From Clostridium cadaveris (GTDB lineage Bacteria > Bacillota > Clostridia > Clostridiales > Clostridiaceae), in NCBI RefSeq assembly GCF_039521325.1, contig NZ_BAAACD010000016.1: a stretch of DNA of 64,000 nucleotides. One strand, given 5' to 3'. The position numbers and the translations under genes are program-made. Shown one piece after another: positions 44,959 to 54,677 of this stretch. The notes below the pieces were generated by a model, which saw nothing but the letters and a program-made list of their open reading frames with translations, did not search any database and was not told the origin of the DNA. Numbering within the stretch: position 1 is the first letter of the stretch; each line of letters opens with the position of its first letter.

Positions 44959-45501
44959 CTATTTATATTCATTAATATGTTGAGTTACTCTATTATGATA
45001 ATCTATATCTTCTTCCATTGCATCAAATACAACTGCTCTATCTATACCAAATTCATATAACCAACTATAATCATATGTATCAGTCCATGAAACTATAAAA
45101 ACTTTATTAACTGTATTTCTTATCAAGTCATTTAGTATTTCTTTTCTTTGTTCATCTTTCTTTCTACATATTGAATCTACTGGATATAATATAGATACAT
45201 TATATCTTTCATTTCTCCATGACTTTTTATTTATTGTATCTATATACATTCTCAAGTTTCCTACTTTAATTCTTGTATTCAATTTTGCTGATTTGAGACT
45301 ATTTTGAAAAATACTATCAATATTATTTTTTCCATTAATCCTAAATAAAACTTTAACACCGTCTTGTACTGTTTTATTTAATGTTCGTAATACCTCCATA
45401 TGTTTTTCATATTGATGTGTTCCTGTTATAAGCATTACCTTTTCATCATCACTATTTAAAAATTCTATAATTTCTTTTTTTAAATTCTCTCTATTATTCA
45501 T
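44959..45501 (-). CDS. Hypothetical protein (island cargo)
   Basis: 180-aa ORF. No recognised motif. Confidence 0.5.
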   Translation of the reverse strand: MNNRENLKKEIIEFLNSDDEKVMLITGTHQYEKHMEVLRTLNKTVQDGVKVLFRINGKNNIDSIFQNSLKSAKLNTRIKVGNLRMYIDTINKKSWRNERYNVSILYPVDSICRKKDEQRKEILNDLIRNTVNKVFIVSWTDTYDYSWLYEFGIDRAVVFDAMEEDIDYHNRVTQHINEYK

Positions 45502-45567
45502 TTATACCCCACCCTTTATATTAAGATTTTAAAAATAGACTAGGAATTCTCCTAATCTATTTTTGTC

Positions 45568-45792
45568 TTATCCTCTAGGTGGGAAATTATCATTACCATA
45601 AGAATCTTTTTCTCTTATTCTTCCGTTTTTTCCATGAATAATAAGTTCTGATTGTTGATTCTTAGCAATTTCTCTAGCAATATTAATAGCTTCTTTTTGT
45701 GTTTTAGTAGTAGCAGTTGCTCTACTATTTCCAGCTCCTTTAACTTGCCAATTTCCTTTTCCATTAGGTGTCACATGTTGATTTTTTTTCAT
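45568..45792 (-). CDS. DUF2188 family protein
   Basis: …GKGNWQVKGAGNSRATATTKTQKEAINIAREIAKNQQSELIIHGKNGRIREKDSYGNDNFPPRG matches the DUF2188 pattern. Confidence 0.6.
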   Translation of the reverse strand: MKKNQHVTPNGKGNWQVKGAGNSRATATTKTQKEAINIAREIAKNQQSELIIHGKNGRIREKDSYGNDNFPPRG

Positions 45793-45862
45793 CTATATTT
45801 TCACTCCTTTTATATGTTATAAAAGGATGACTTGCTCAAACATCCATCTATGAGCTTTTGCT

Positions 45863-45991
45863 CTATTCTACTGGTATTTTAAAAGCCTTTAACCCGTAAG
45901 TTTTAGCATATATTCTTTGTCCATTTTTAGTTATCCAAGGGCGATATATATACTTCTTATCTTCCTTTTCTTTACTCTTATTATTATTCAT
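45863..45991 (-). CDS. Small basic hypothetical protein (42 aa)
   Basis: AGGAGGTG RBS 7 nt before the ATG. Translation MNNNKSKEKEDKKYIYRPWITKNGQRIYAKTYGLKAFKIPVE. The ORF track starts 47 codons upstream without an RBS. Confidence 0.4.
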   Translation of the reverse strand: MNNNKSKEKEDKKYIYRPWITKNGQRIYAKTYGLKAFKIPVE

Positions 45992-46198
45992 GCTAAAACA
46001 CCTCCTTCTTACAAGAATTTTACCTATTATATGTATAATAAGTAAGTTATCCTTGAAAAAAAGCGACATAACTGTTAAAATATTATTTGCAGTAAATTTA
46101 ACAGTGAGCAAGTTAAGTTCGCTATTTTTCAAGAAATGAAGCTATCTAAGCGCCAACTTAGATATCGCTTCATTTTTTATATTAAACGGATTTTCCGT

Positions 46199-46600
46199 CT
46201 AATCATCACTTTCATTTTCCTTTTCTCCTAGTAGAGTTGCTTTTGTTAGGTCAAAAATCATTACTTGTTCATTTTCATACCAATCACCTAATATACGGTA
46301 ACCTTCTTCTTTTATGTTCCAATTCATAAGTCTTGATAGTGTATAAATAAAATCTTTATTATTAATTCTTACATTTATACTTTTTATATTCTTAAAAAAT
46401 TGTATTGAACCTTCTTCATTTACATCACATATTTGTACTGCAATCATCTTTTTTTCTTCATTCATTAACAAAACTACATTTTTAGGTTTACCCATTTTTA
46501 TAACAGCGTTTTTTGAAAATGTCATTCCATTGTCTGTTATTGATACATATGGTAATCCAGAAGTAAGATTAACTTTTTTAAATCCTTCCAACATATTCAT
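46199..46600 (-). CDS. Hypothetical protein (island cargo)
   Basis: 133-aa ORF with an acidic C-terminus. No recognised motif. Confidence 0.45.
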   Translation of the reverse strand: MNMLEGFKKVNLTSGLPYVSITDNGMTFSKNAVIKMGKPKNVVLLMNEEKKMIAVQICDVNEEGSIQFFKNIKSINVRINNKDFIYTLSRLMNWNIKEEGYRILGDWYENEQVMIFDLTKATLLGEKENESDD

Positions 46601-46949
46601 CTCTCCTCATAATTATTATATTTTTTCAAATAACTTTTGTCAATATCCTATCATTTATTTTTTATTATTTTATCATTTTATATTCATAATCGCGCTTCAA
46701 TTGCATTTATGTTCTAACGATTATTTTTATTATGCATTATTTCAGTTTCATTTCAATCATTATTCAAACCACAAATTTAATCTCTACTCTAAATTATTTT
46801 CCAAGAAATTATCAATATTTTTATTTATTATATCATATTTAATACTTATTTTGTACCTTTTAAGTTGCATAATGTAATAAATGAATCAATATTAAATTTC
46901 ATTAATATCATATTCCGTTCATAATTTCAACTACTATTTTATCTTCTAA

Positions 46950-48647
46950 CTAAATAGTAATATCTAAGTTCAATACACTCATTCCAACATTTCTTAACAT
47001 AAAAGAAGAAGGAGCATCCTTTATAGATACTCCTTCTTCTTTACTTATATAGTCAACCAAGCTATCATTTATCTTCAGTTTTATTGAATCAATTTCTCTT
47101 GTTTCATTTATAGTTATTTCTGATATTATCATATGCAATAACTTCTTCTGTTTCTCTCTACTTGTGCTTTCTGTTAAGACTTTACTAAAATTCTCTAAGA
47201 TACTCTTTATGAATTCATAAGGTACTTCCTCACTTAAATCATCTGAAAGCGTTACAAGTAATGGTTCTTTTTGCTCTTGTAGCATTTTAGCCATCTTGTT
47301 TAGTTCTTCTTTTCTTTCCTTGAACTCCTCCTTGGATATTAAGTCCTCCTCATATCCCTCGAAAAGTTTACGTTTCTTTTTATCTATCTTCTCAAGCTCC
47401 TTATCTATTCTTTGTAGCTCCTTCTTAGCTGGATTTATCTTGTTATGTCTTTCTTCATTAACATTCTTCACTATTGACTTAACCATCTTTTCATTAGAAA
47501 GTAATTCTGATAACTTACTGAATACATACTCATTAGCTTTATCAACTCTTATTGTATTAGAATTACATACGTTTGTACCTTTATTCTTCCATGCTCCACA
47601 ACAGTAGTAAGCTATTCTCTTCTTAGTTCCATCAGCTAACTTATTAGTAGTTCTTGAAATTATCATTCCAGCTCCACACTTTGGACATCTTAGTATCCCA
47701 GTTAATGGATATTCACCATCGTATATCCTTGAAGGCTTACCTTTCTTACTTTCCATAATTGCTTGTACTTTATCCCATAGACTCTCCTCTATTATAGATT
47801 CATGTATTCCATCAGTTATTATTGGATTTGGATTAATATTTCTTCTTCTTTTTTCAGACCAATCTTGTCTCAAATTATATCTTATCTTTCCTATGTACAC
47901 CGGATTAGTTAATATATCTTTTATAGAGACTATTGAAAAATCATTCCCTTTCTTAGTCTTATGCCCTAATTTATTTATCTTATTAGCTATTGCTTTATAT
48001 CCTTTTCCACTAGCATATTCATTAAAAATTATTCTTACAGTTTCTGCTTCTTGTTTATTTATTACAAGTTTAGTGTCTTTTCTTTTCTTATGTTCAGTAC
48101 CTTCAATTGGTACAATATCATATCCTAATACTCGGTTTCCCCCCCAACGCCCTTCTCTTGCTCGTGCTAAGCACACCATTTTTACGTTCTGAGCTATTGT
48201 CCCTCTTTCTAATTCAGCAACTGCTCCCATCATGTGTAATCCAAACTTCCCCATAGGAGTCTCTGTTTCAAAGTTCTCTGAATATGACCTAAAAGCAATT
48301 CCTTTTCTATCTAATACATCTATTATTTCTAGTAAATTTAGCATATTCCTAGCTATTCTACTTATCTTCCAAGTTACTACTATGTCAAATTTTCCCTCCT
48401 CCGCATCTTGTAGCAACTCTTTTAATGCAGGTCTATTTTTAATATTCTTCCCACTAATTCCCCTATCTGAATAGCATTTATAAACTATCCAATCCATAGT
48501 CTTACACCATTCACTTAAAAGCCTTTCTTGGTCATCAATACTATAGCCATCTTACGCTTGTTCTTTTGAACTTACCCTACAGTATATCCCAATACGCTTT
48601 TTTCTTTTCTCCATCATTACATTATGTGCTAAAGTTTTAAAATCCAT
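46950..48647 (-). pseudogene. Ccr-like large serine recombinase (CcrB/CcrC-like) interrupted by an in-frame TAA at codon 32
   Basis: ATG at 48647 with an AAGGAG RBS. Reads MDFKTLAHNVMMEKRKKRIGIYCRVSSKEQA-TAA-DGYSIDDQERLLSEWCKTMDWIVYKCYSDRGISGK…, with the catalytic-Ser motif RVSS upstream of the stop. The downstream body has a resolvase domain, a recombinase domain and a zinc ribbon (CPKCGAGM…YYCCGAWKNKGTNVC) closely resembling staphylococcal CcrB. Confidence 0.75.
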
Positions 48648-48714
48648 AATCAAATCATCTCCTTATATTTAAGGACTTTAAGTTTAAAACAAAAAGTCCT
48701 TTTCTAGTAATATT

Positions 48715-49179
48715 CTATTCAAAGTGAATCTGTGACTCTCCATTTAATCCAAAATTTTTTCTATTGAAACTTGGATTTATCACAACCTCTAAGTTTTCCT
48801 CACTGTGATAATTTAATTCTATTGTATCATCTCCAAACATACCTACTTCTATAAACCAATCTCTAATATTTAATTCATCTACAAAGTCTATAAATTCATC
48901 TAATAATCTTAAATATTGTTCCTTGTTCATAATCACATTATTCTGCTGTGAGAACCACCACACATTAATTCTTGATTTCCTCTCTTCCAATATTATAAAC
49001 TCTGGTTTTATGTGTATATTTTTAAGTAAATTTACTATATTCTCTTTTTCAGTATCTGTTTTATATAATATACCTATTGCTAATCTTGTAAGTACACTTT
49101 CACCATTATACTGGTCTTCTCTAACCACATTCTTGTTAAATTTATCTAATATAATTTGTCTTTGCTCATTTTTATTCAT
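48715..49179 (-). CDS. Hypothetical protein (island cargo)
   Basis: Start at MNKNEQRQIILDKF with a TAGGAGGAAAATCAGT-ATG RBS. 154 aa. Confidence 0.5.
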   Translation of the reverse strand: MNKNEQRQIILDKFNKNVVREDQYNGESVLTRLAIGILYKTDTEKENIVNLLKNIHIKPEFIILEERKSRINVWWFSQQNNVIMNKEQYLRLLDEFIDFVDELNIRDWFIEVGMFGDDTIELNYHSEENLEVVINPSFNRKNFGLNGESQIHFE

Positions 49180-49277
49180 ACTGATTTTCCTCCTATTATT
49201 TATATAATATATATCTGAAAATTTTATCATTACACTTGATATCTAAAGTAATACCAAGTGCAATTTTATTATTTTAA

Positions 49278-49865
49278 TTAGAATTTAATTTCCTCATCTT
49301 CAATCTCTCCTAAATCTATACCTGTACCATACATATTTCTGACAACATTATTATTCTCATACTCTAATGAAGAATAGTCTTCCATTACATTCTCATACAC
49401 AATTTCATTTGCCTTATCATTTATGTAATCAATACTCATTAAGTTATTTCTCTCCATTTTTAAATACTTTTCTTCTTTTTTCTTATTATCATATGCAATA
49501 ATAAGCTCTCCATCTTCAAGATTATAGACATTAGTAACATTGATAAATGTACTCTCTCTTTGTAACTCTATAACTACTTCCTTACCTATTATCTCCTCAT
49601 AATTAAATTCTTCACACTCATCAATTATGTTGAAATTTTCTTTAATAGCTTTTATTAACTTATAAAATAAAAATGTTTTCCATGGTACTATAAGTAAGTA
49701 TTGTTTAACTAATGTTCCATCTTCAAGCTGAAATGTTATATATCCTTGATTAAACACTTTTTGCTTAATAGGCTTTCTACCATTGGGCTGATAACTTTTC
49801 ACTTTACATTTCTTGCATCCTAAAACTATATCTATGTATTTACCACCTTTTGTTATAGTTGCCAT
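49278..49865 (-). CDS. Hypothetical protein (island cargo)
   Basis: 195-aa ORF with an acidic C-terminus. Confidence 0.5.
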   Translation of the reverse strand: MATITKGGKYIDIVLGCKKCKVKSYQPNGRKPIKQKVFNQGYITFQLEDGTLVKQYLLIVPWKTFLFYKLIKAIKENFNIIDECEEFNYEEIIGKEVVIELQRESTFINVTNVYNLEDGELIIAYDNKKKEEKYLKMERNNLMSIDYINDKANEIVYENVMEDYSSLEYENNNVVRNMYGTGIDLGEIEDEEIKF

Positions 49866-49943
49866 TTTAATCGATCCCCTTTAACTTTTTATTTTATTAA
49901 CTTGATACCAAGCATATTCTTAATTGGTATCAAGTATATGTAC

Positions 49944-50042
49944 CTACTGTTTCTTTTCAGGAACTTTACCTTGTTTAATATAATCTAGTATCACTTGAGA
50001 TAAAATCTCCATTATCTCCTCTACCCTTTTAGACTTGTCCAT
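49944..50042 (-). CDS. Small hypothetical protein (32 aa)
   Basis: TAAGGAGGTAGAAAAT-ATG strong RBS. Translation MDKSKRVEEIMEILSQVILDYIKQGKVPEKKQ. Confidence 0.4.
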   Translation of the reverse strand: MDKSKRVEEIMEILSQVILDYIKQGKVPEKKQ

Positions 50043-50065
50043 ATTTTCTACCTCCTTAAAGATAT

Positions 50066-50698
50066 TTATCTTACTTTTATTATTGCAACAGTATAACCAT
50101 TACATTTAACATAGTTAACTTCTGAAAAAGTAATTGATACTGTATTACTGAAATCTAAGCTATACTTATCAGTTATCTCTAATACCAGTCCAGAAGAATA
50201 AATTACTCCTTTCCTACCACTACTCTTAAGTTTTAGTAAATTATCATTATTGGGTAATCTTTCTGCTATTGCTAAACTATCATCAGAAAATGATATTGAT
50301 ATAGTATTAGGATTATTTAGCTTATAAATTACCTCACTAGATAAAACTATTCTTTTGCAACTTTTTGAATTGATAACAGACATAACTCCTGCTTTAGTAC
50401 TTGTTTTAGATATTGTCTTACTTGTTGATGCTTTAAAGTTTCCTAAATCATATTCTTGCATTATGTCTTGATTATCATTTATATTTATTTCTTCACTTAA
50501 ATCTTCTCTTTCTTGTTCACTATATCTTTCTAGCTCCATTCTTTCTATTGCCTCTCTATTCTCTTGCATCATTTGCTCTATAGTTTTTCTAGGCTTTCTT
50601 TGTATATTTTTCTTTTCCTCTTCTGCTAAATTACTCCTTGCTTGAATATCCCTTGTTGATGGTACAGGTCTCCTTCTTATTACTGCCATTTTTATCAT
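50066..50698 (-). CDS. Hypothetical protein (island cargo)
   Basis: 210-aa ORF. Basic N-terminus MAVIRRRPVPSTRDIQARSN. Confidence 0.5.
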   Translation of the reverse strand: MIKMAVIRRRPVPSTRDIQARSNLAEEEKKNIQRKPRKTIEQMMQENREAIERMELERYSEQEREDLSEEININDNQDIMQEYDLGNFKASTSKTISKTSTKAGVMSVINSKSCKRIVLSSEVIYKLNNPNTISISFSDDSLAIAERLPNNDNLLKLKSSGRKGVIYSSGLVLEITDKYSLDFSNTVSITFSEVNYVKCNGYTVAIIKVR

Positions 50699-51242
50699 TC
50701 TCCTTTTTTATTTTTATAAATTTAAAATAACCCTTTGTAAACGTTTTCTTATTTTTGTGTGACTCTCCCCCTTTATAAATGAATAATTATAAATTTTTGC
50801 TCAATCTTTAATTACTATTAATTTAAGTTTTGACTATTATTAATTTAAACTTACTTTGTATTGATAATTATAGCAGCATTTTTTATATTTGCAACTCACC
50901 AAATGCATTGATACTGCTAACTTTAAGGCATATTTATTCTTTGATTTTCTTCTAAGAAACACCTTGTAATTAAGGATTTCCTAACACTTATCTATTAAAA
51001 TCCTTACACTCCAAAATTTCCTTGTTTAAAAGACTTTGCACCTTACAAGGCAGGTTTTCCTTATGCTCAACAAGATTTTTTTCAAAAACTCCCTTACATT
51101 TTGTGTATAAAAATTCATTTTTAATTCCATAAATGTATAAAAATTTATTTTTTTATTTTTCTATTATATTCTAAAAGCATACTACCTCCAAAAAAAATAG
51201 AGTCTTAACTTATTTTATAAGTAAATTAAGACTCTAATACTT

Positions 51243-51980
51243 CTAATATGCTGGTTCAGTTGGTTTAGCACTTCCTGGGTTAAATATATAGGTATTCCCA
51301 TTATCTACATAATCAAATGGAATAGCTGTTTTATTATATTCATTAAACATCTCATCCATTGTTAATGACTTATTTAAATGTGGGACATAGTATCTCTTTT
51401 CTAATGATTGCTGATTCTTCTTTTCTTCTGCAATTCTTTGAGCTTCTATTTCATTTATTGCTTCATAAGACTTCTTTACTAATTCATCAGCTTTTACCTT
51501 TTGCTCATCTGTTACATATTGTGAAGCTAGTATCTTATCATTTATATGACTTTTACATTCAGCATATTGTTTATTATTCAACATATTCTCAGCTTCATTT
51601 AATAATGCTGTTATATTTTCAACCTCTTTCAAGTAATTATTTATCTGACTTTTTAAGTTATCTATATCATCTTTTATTACATAGTTTATATAATCACTAT
51701 TTATTCCATCAATTATCTCTTTAGCTTCTGCTATTTTATTCTCATCAACTAGCTTTTTAGCTTTCTGATAACCATCAACTATTGAATATAATTTATTAGC
51801 TTCTTCATTCTCTTTATCTTCATCAAGAGCTAGTTGTAATGATGCTAATGCTTTATCATACTCTTTACTTTCTATTGAAGTCTTAGCTTGTTCAATTGAT
51901 TTCTTTACAACGCTATTTCCACATCCAACAAGTATTAATGTCAGCATTAGTAATAGCATTATTGATACTTTTCTTTTCAT
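51243..51980 (-). CDS. Hypothetical lipoprotein with a coiled-coil region
   Basis: MKRKVSIMLLLMLTLILVGCGNS, lipobox LVGC. Confidence 0.6.
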   Translation of the reverse strand: MKRKVSIMLLLMLTLILVGCGNSVVKKSIEQAKTSIESKEYDKALASLQLALDEDKENEEANKLYSIVDGYQKAKKLVDENKIAEAKEIIDGINSDYINYVIKDDIDNLKSQINNYLKEVENITALLNEAENMLNNKQYAECKSHINDKILASQYVTDEQKVKADELVKKSYEAINEIEAQRIAEEKKNQQSLEKRYYVPHLNKSLTMDEMFNEYNKTAIPFDYVDNGNTYIFNPGSAKPTEPAY

Positions 51981-51990
51981 ACCTTCTCTT

Positions 51991-52296
51991 CTACTCCTTA
52001 CTTCCCTTAAATTTATTATATAAATAGTACCCTATATAACCTATTACTCCTATCATTAAGGCTAGTCTTATTAAAAACCATAGTACAGAAATTACTCCTC
52101 CAACTAGTCCTCCTAGGAAATTAACTATGAAAGCTCCTACTATACAACATCCAACCCACATAGTTATCATAGCTCCAAATCCAAAATGTATAATATCGAA
52201 AATCTTATGTAGTAATATAAATATTCCTGTTCCTATTATTAAAGTAACTATTACTGCTATAATGCTTGTTAATCCACCTGCATCAAAAATATTCAT
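51991..52296 (-). CDS. Hypothetical small membrane protein
   Basis: 101 aa, 3 TM helices. GAGGAG RBS. Its ATG overlaps the stop of the upstream ORF (TAATG). Confidence 0.5.
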   Translation of the reverse strand: MNIFDAGGLTSIIAVIVTLIIGTGIFILLHKIFDIIHFGFGAMITMWVGCCIVGAFIVNFLGGLVGGVISVLWFLIRLALMIGVIGYIGYYLYNKFKGSKE

Positions 52297-52460
52297 TATT
52301 TCTTTTCTCCTCTCTCCCTCTTATTTATCCCATTTTTATTTATTACTTTTTGTAGCCAATTACATGTATATCCTAATTTCCTTGATATCTGTTTTAGGTT
52401 CTTTCCATCATAATACTTATTTAAATAATCAATTACATACTTATCTGAATATAATCTCAT
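52296..52460 (-). CDS. Small HTH-like protein (54 aa); possibly the C-terminal part of a longer ORF that runs to about 52658, separated by an in-frame TAG
   Basis: MRLYSDKYVIDYLNKYYDGKNLKQISRKLGYTCNWLQKVINKNGINKRERGEKK. No RBS of its own. The upstream ORF 52476-52658 is in the same frame with a TAG between them. Confidence 0.35.
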   Translation of the reverse strand: MRLYSDKYVIDYLNKYYDGKNLKQISRKLGYTCNWLQKVINKNGINKRERGEKK

Positions 52461-52887
52461 TGGAAATGTTATCTGCTAACCTTTATAATTCTCATATACT
52501 TTTAATGTTATCTCATGCCCTAAAACTTCAACCATATCCTTATAGATACCTCTGTAATTTTCACTTTTTCTACTCATATCCTCCTTATCCATCATCTCCT
52601 TTTCTATCCCATTCAATATTACCTCCTTTAAAAATTTTTCATAAGATTGAAAAAACAAGTAATTTTACAAGAGAAAATCACTTGTCTTTAATTAAACTTT
52701 GTAATTCATAACTACTTAACTATAATTACTCCTTTCTTAATATTTCTCTATATAAAAAGAGTTAATGCTCCTTTTATTAGAAACATTAACTCTCTTATCA
52801 TATTTATAATATATATTTAATCACATCATTAAAAACATTTGATTTAGCCTTTATTCGTAGCTTTTATTTTGATTGCTATTATTCATT

Positions 52888-52945
52888 CACACTTTCTGAA
52901 ATCTCTGCTTTCTGATGTGTTATCGTTGCTTTTTGATACATTCAT
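52888..52945. repeat. Imperfect direct repeat, copy A (extends to about 90 bp at roughly 85% identity)
   Basis: ttcacactttctgaaatctctgctttctgatgtgttatcgttgctttttga pairs with 53899-53956, ttcacattttctgaaatctctgttttctgatgtgctatcgttgctttttga. Confidence 0.6.
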
Positions 52946-52959
52946 ATTAATTGGTAGAT

Positions 52960-53520
52960 TAAATTTAACTTATATTTTTAATGATTTAATTTTATGTTAT
53001 GATTAGTTGCTATCTATGACTTATTAGTATCTATTCTTATTACACTATCATTTTATCTTTTCTTATCTCTATCTACCATTGATTATTATTTCATCCATTA
53101 ATTAGAGTTTCTTTATTCTATTATTATTACTTAGGATAGTTATTATTTCTTTATTAGTTCTTATCATTACTACATCTGATTAGTTATCTTAGTATTATTA
53201 CTCTAATTATCTTACTCAATTAACTTAATGAATTATCAATCTTTGATTATTATACTTCTTGATATTCTTATTATAGTTTTTACTTGATTACTTATCTTAG
53301 TAAATATTATTATTCTAATTACATCTATTAATTATTACTACAATTCTTAATTGATTATAATTTCTTTATCCTACTATCATATCTGATTAATTATATTATT
53401 TTTCTTATTCTGATTATAGTTAATTCTTATCAATCTATACTTCTTTATTACTTTATTCTTATTATCTTTTCTTCTATTCTATCTTTATTTTAATTGAAAT
53501 AGATTTTTAGTAATCTATTT
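52960..53520. repeat. G-depleted (about 6% G on the plus strand), about 80% AT, non-coding low-complexity tract with dispersed (c/t)tgatta and tcttat motifs
   Basis: Direct count of G per 60-nt line is 1-8. No ORF of 60 aa or more in any frame. A second similar tract lies at 53957-54215. Confidence 0.55.
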
Positions 53521-53530
53521 CAATTCTTAT
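53494..53530 (+). terminator. Perfect 11-bp hairpin followed by a T-rich run (plus-strand terminator-like)
   Basis: ttgaaatagat/ttttagta/atctatttcaa then ttcttattttt. Confidence 0.35.
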
Positions 53531-53546
53531 TTTTCTTTAGTCTCTT

Positions 53547-53560
53547 CCCCCCCTCCCCCC
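53547..53560. repeat. Homopolymeric tracts C7-T-C6
   Basis: cttccccccctccccccgtcgc. The only GC-rich spot in a roughly 1.4-kb AT-rich non-coding segment. Confidence 0.7.
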
Positions 53561-53898
53561 GTCGCTTTTTACAAGCTCCGTGTTCTCAGTGCCTCTATCC
53601 TAGTTCCAAGCTTCATTATTTATATGTTTTAGCTCTCTCATTTTTTTTATTTTTGAGTGGAATTGATTTATCCGCTACATATTTTATGTTCCCGATTCTC
53701 TTTGATTTCAAGTGGAATTAGGAACGGTAGGATTTCCTATGCTTTCAGCTTTCGGTATTCCTTTATGCCTTGTTATACTAGATTGTAAAGTTATCAATCT
53801 ACTCTCTACTATGAATTTCAGTACCTTTTCATCAGTTCATCTGAAAACCGTCGATTTAACCTCTATTTACAGCTTTTCAATTTTGGTGCTATTCTTAT

Positions 53899-53956
53899 TC
53901 ACATTTTCTGAAATCTCTGTTTTCTGATGTGCTATCGTTGCTTTTTGAGGTATTCC
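53899..53956. repeat. Imperfect direct repeat, copy B
   Basis: See copy A. The copies are about 1010 bp apart. Confidence 0.6.
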
Positions 53957-54216
53957 TCCAACTGAATGACTAGGATTCTCTATTACATTTCTAATCTTTC
54001 AAGTAAAAGTATCTATTATTATTTTCTTGTGCTTATAACTTCTTATTTCTCTTTTCTTTATTACTCACTTCTTAATTTCTTAACTTATAAGCATTAGTAT
54101 TTATTAACTACTAAAAAAATATATTCTTAACTTATTATAATAATATCGTTATAATCAAGTTATTATTTCTTAATTATAACGATACTATCTTTCTTAACTT
54201 ATTACTTCTTTATTTA

Positions 54217-54300
54217 CTACTTCTTATTTATTGCTTCTACAGAAGTTGCTACAACTGTTAATATTGTTCCAACTACTTTGATTACTGCTATAACATCCAT
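54217..54300 (-). CDS. Candidate small hydrophobic peptide (27 aa), translationally coupled to the upstream gene
   Basis: GGAGGAG RBS overlaps the stop of 54313-54660. MDVIAVIKVVGTILTVVATSVEAINKK is a hydrophobic helix with a charged tail. Confidence 0.4.
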   Translation of the reverse strand: MDVIAVIKVVGTILTVVATSVEAINKK

Positions 54301-54312
54301 TAATTTCTCCTC

Positions 54313-54660
54313 CTATCTTTTATAAGTGTATATATATGAATAGCTATCTAGCACGGGTATTAACTTCACTACATATTTACCTTCTTCAAGCTCTATATAT
54401 ACTAAAGTTTCTTTATCATAGCTTGTACCATTGCAAAGCTCTACAACTTTATTAAATTCTTTTATCAATGTAAATTGAATATAGTTGAGCTCTTCTTGTA
54501 ACCTCTTTAGGTCTATTTCCTTTTTATTATTTAATTCTATTATTAGCTCTCTTGGATTCCATTGATTAGCAAGTCTTCCATCATAAAAATCGAAACGCAT
54601 TACTCCTAGAAGTTCTTTACTGTCATAATTAAATATCTTTTCCTTACTTAATGTATTCAT
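54313..54660 (-). CDS. Hypothetical protein (island cargo)
   Basis: 115-aa ORF. Confidence 0.5.
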   Translation of the reverse strand: MNTLSKEKIFNYDSKELLGVMRFDFYDGRLANQWNPRELIIELNNKKEIDLKRLQEELNYIQFTLIKEFNKVVELCNGTSYDKETLVYIELEEGKYVVKLIPVLDSYSYIYTYKR

Positions 54661-54677
54661 TATTTACCACTCCTTAA

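Noticed and set aside
52960-53520. Protein-coding potential of the G-depleted tract
   Set aside because: There are dense TAA, TAG and TGA stops in all six frames, and no ORF of 60 aa or more.
53712-53927. 71-aa plus-strand ORF inside the non-coding segment
   Set aside because: It starts with GTG and has no SD sequence. It overlaps direct repeat B and has low-complexity composition. It is most likely spurious.
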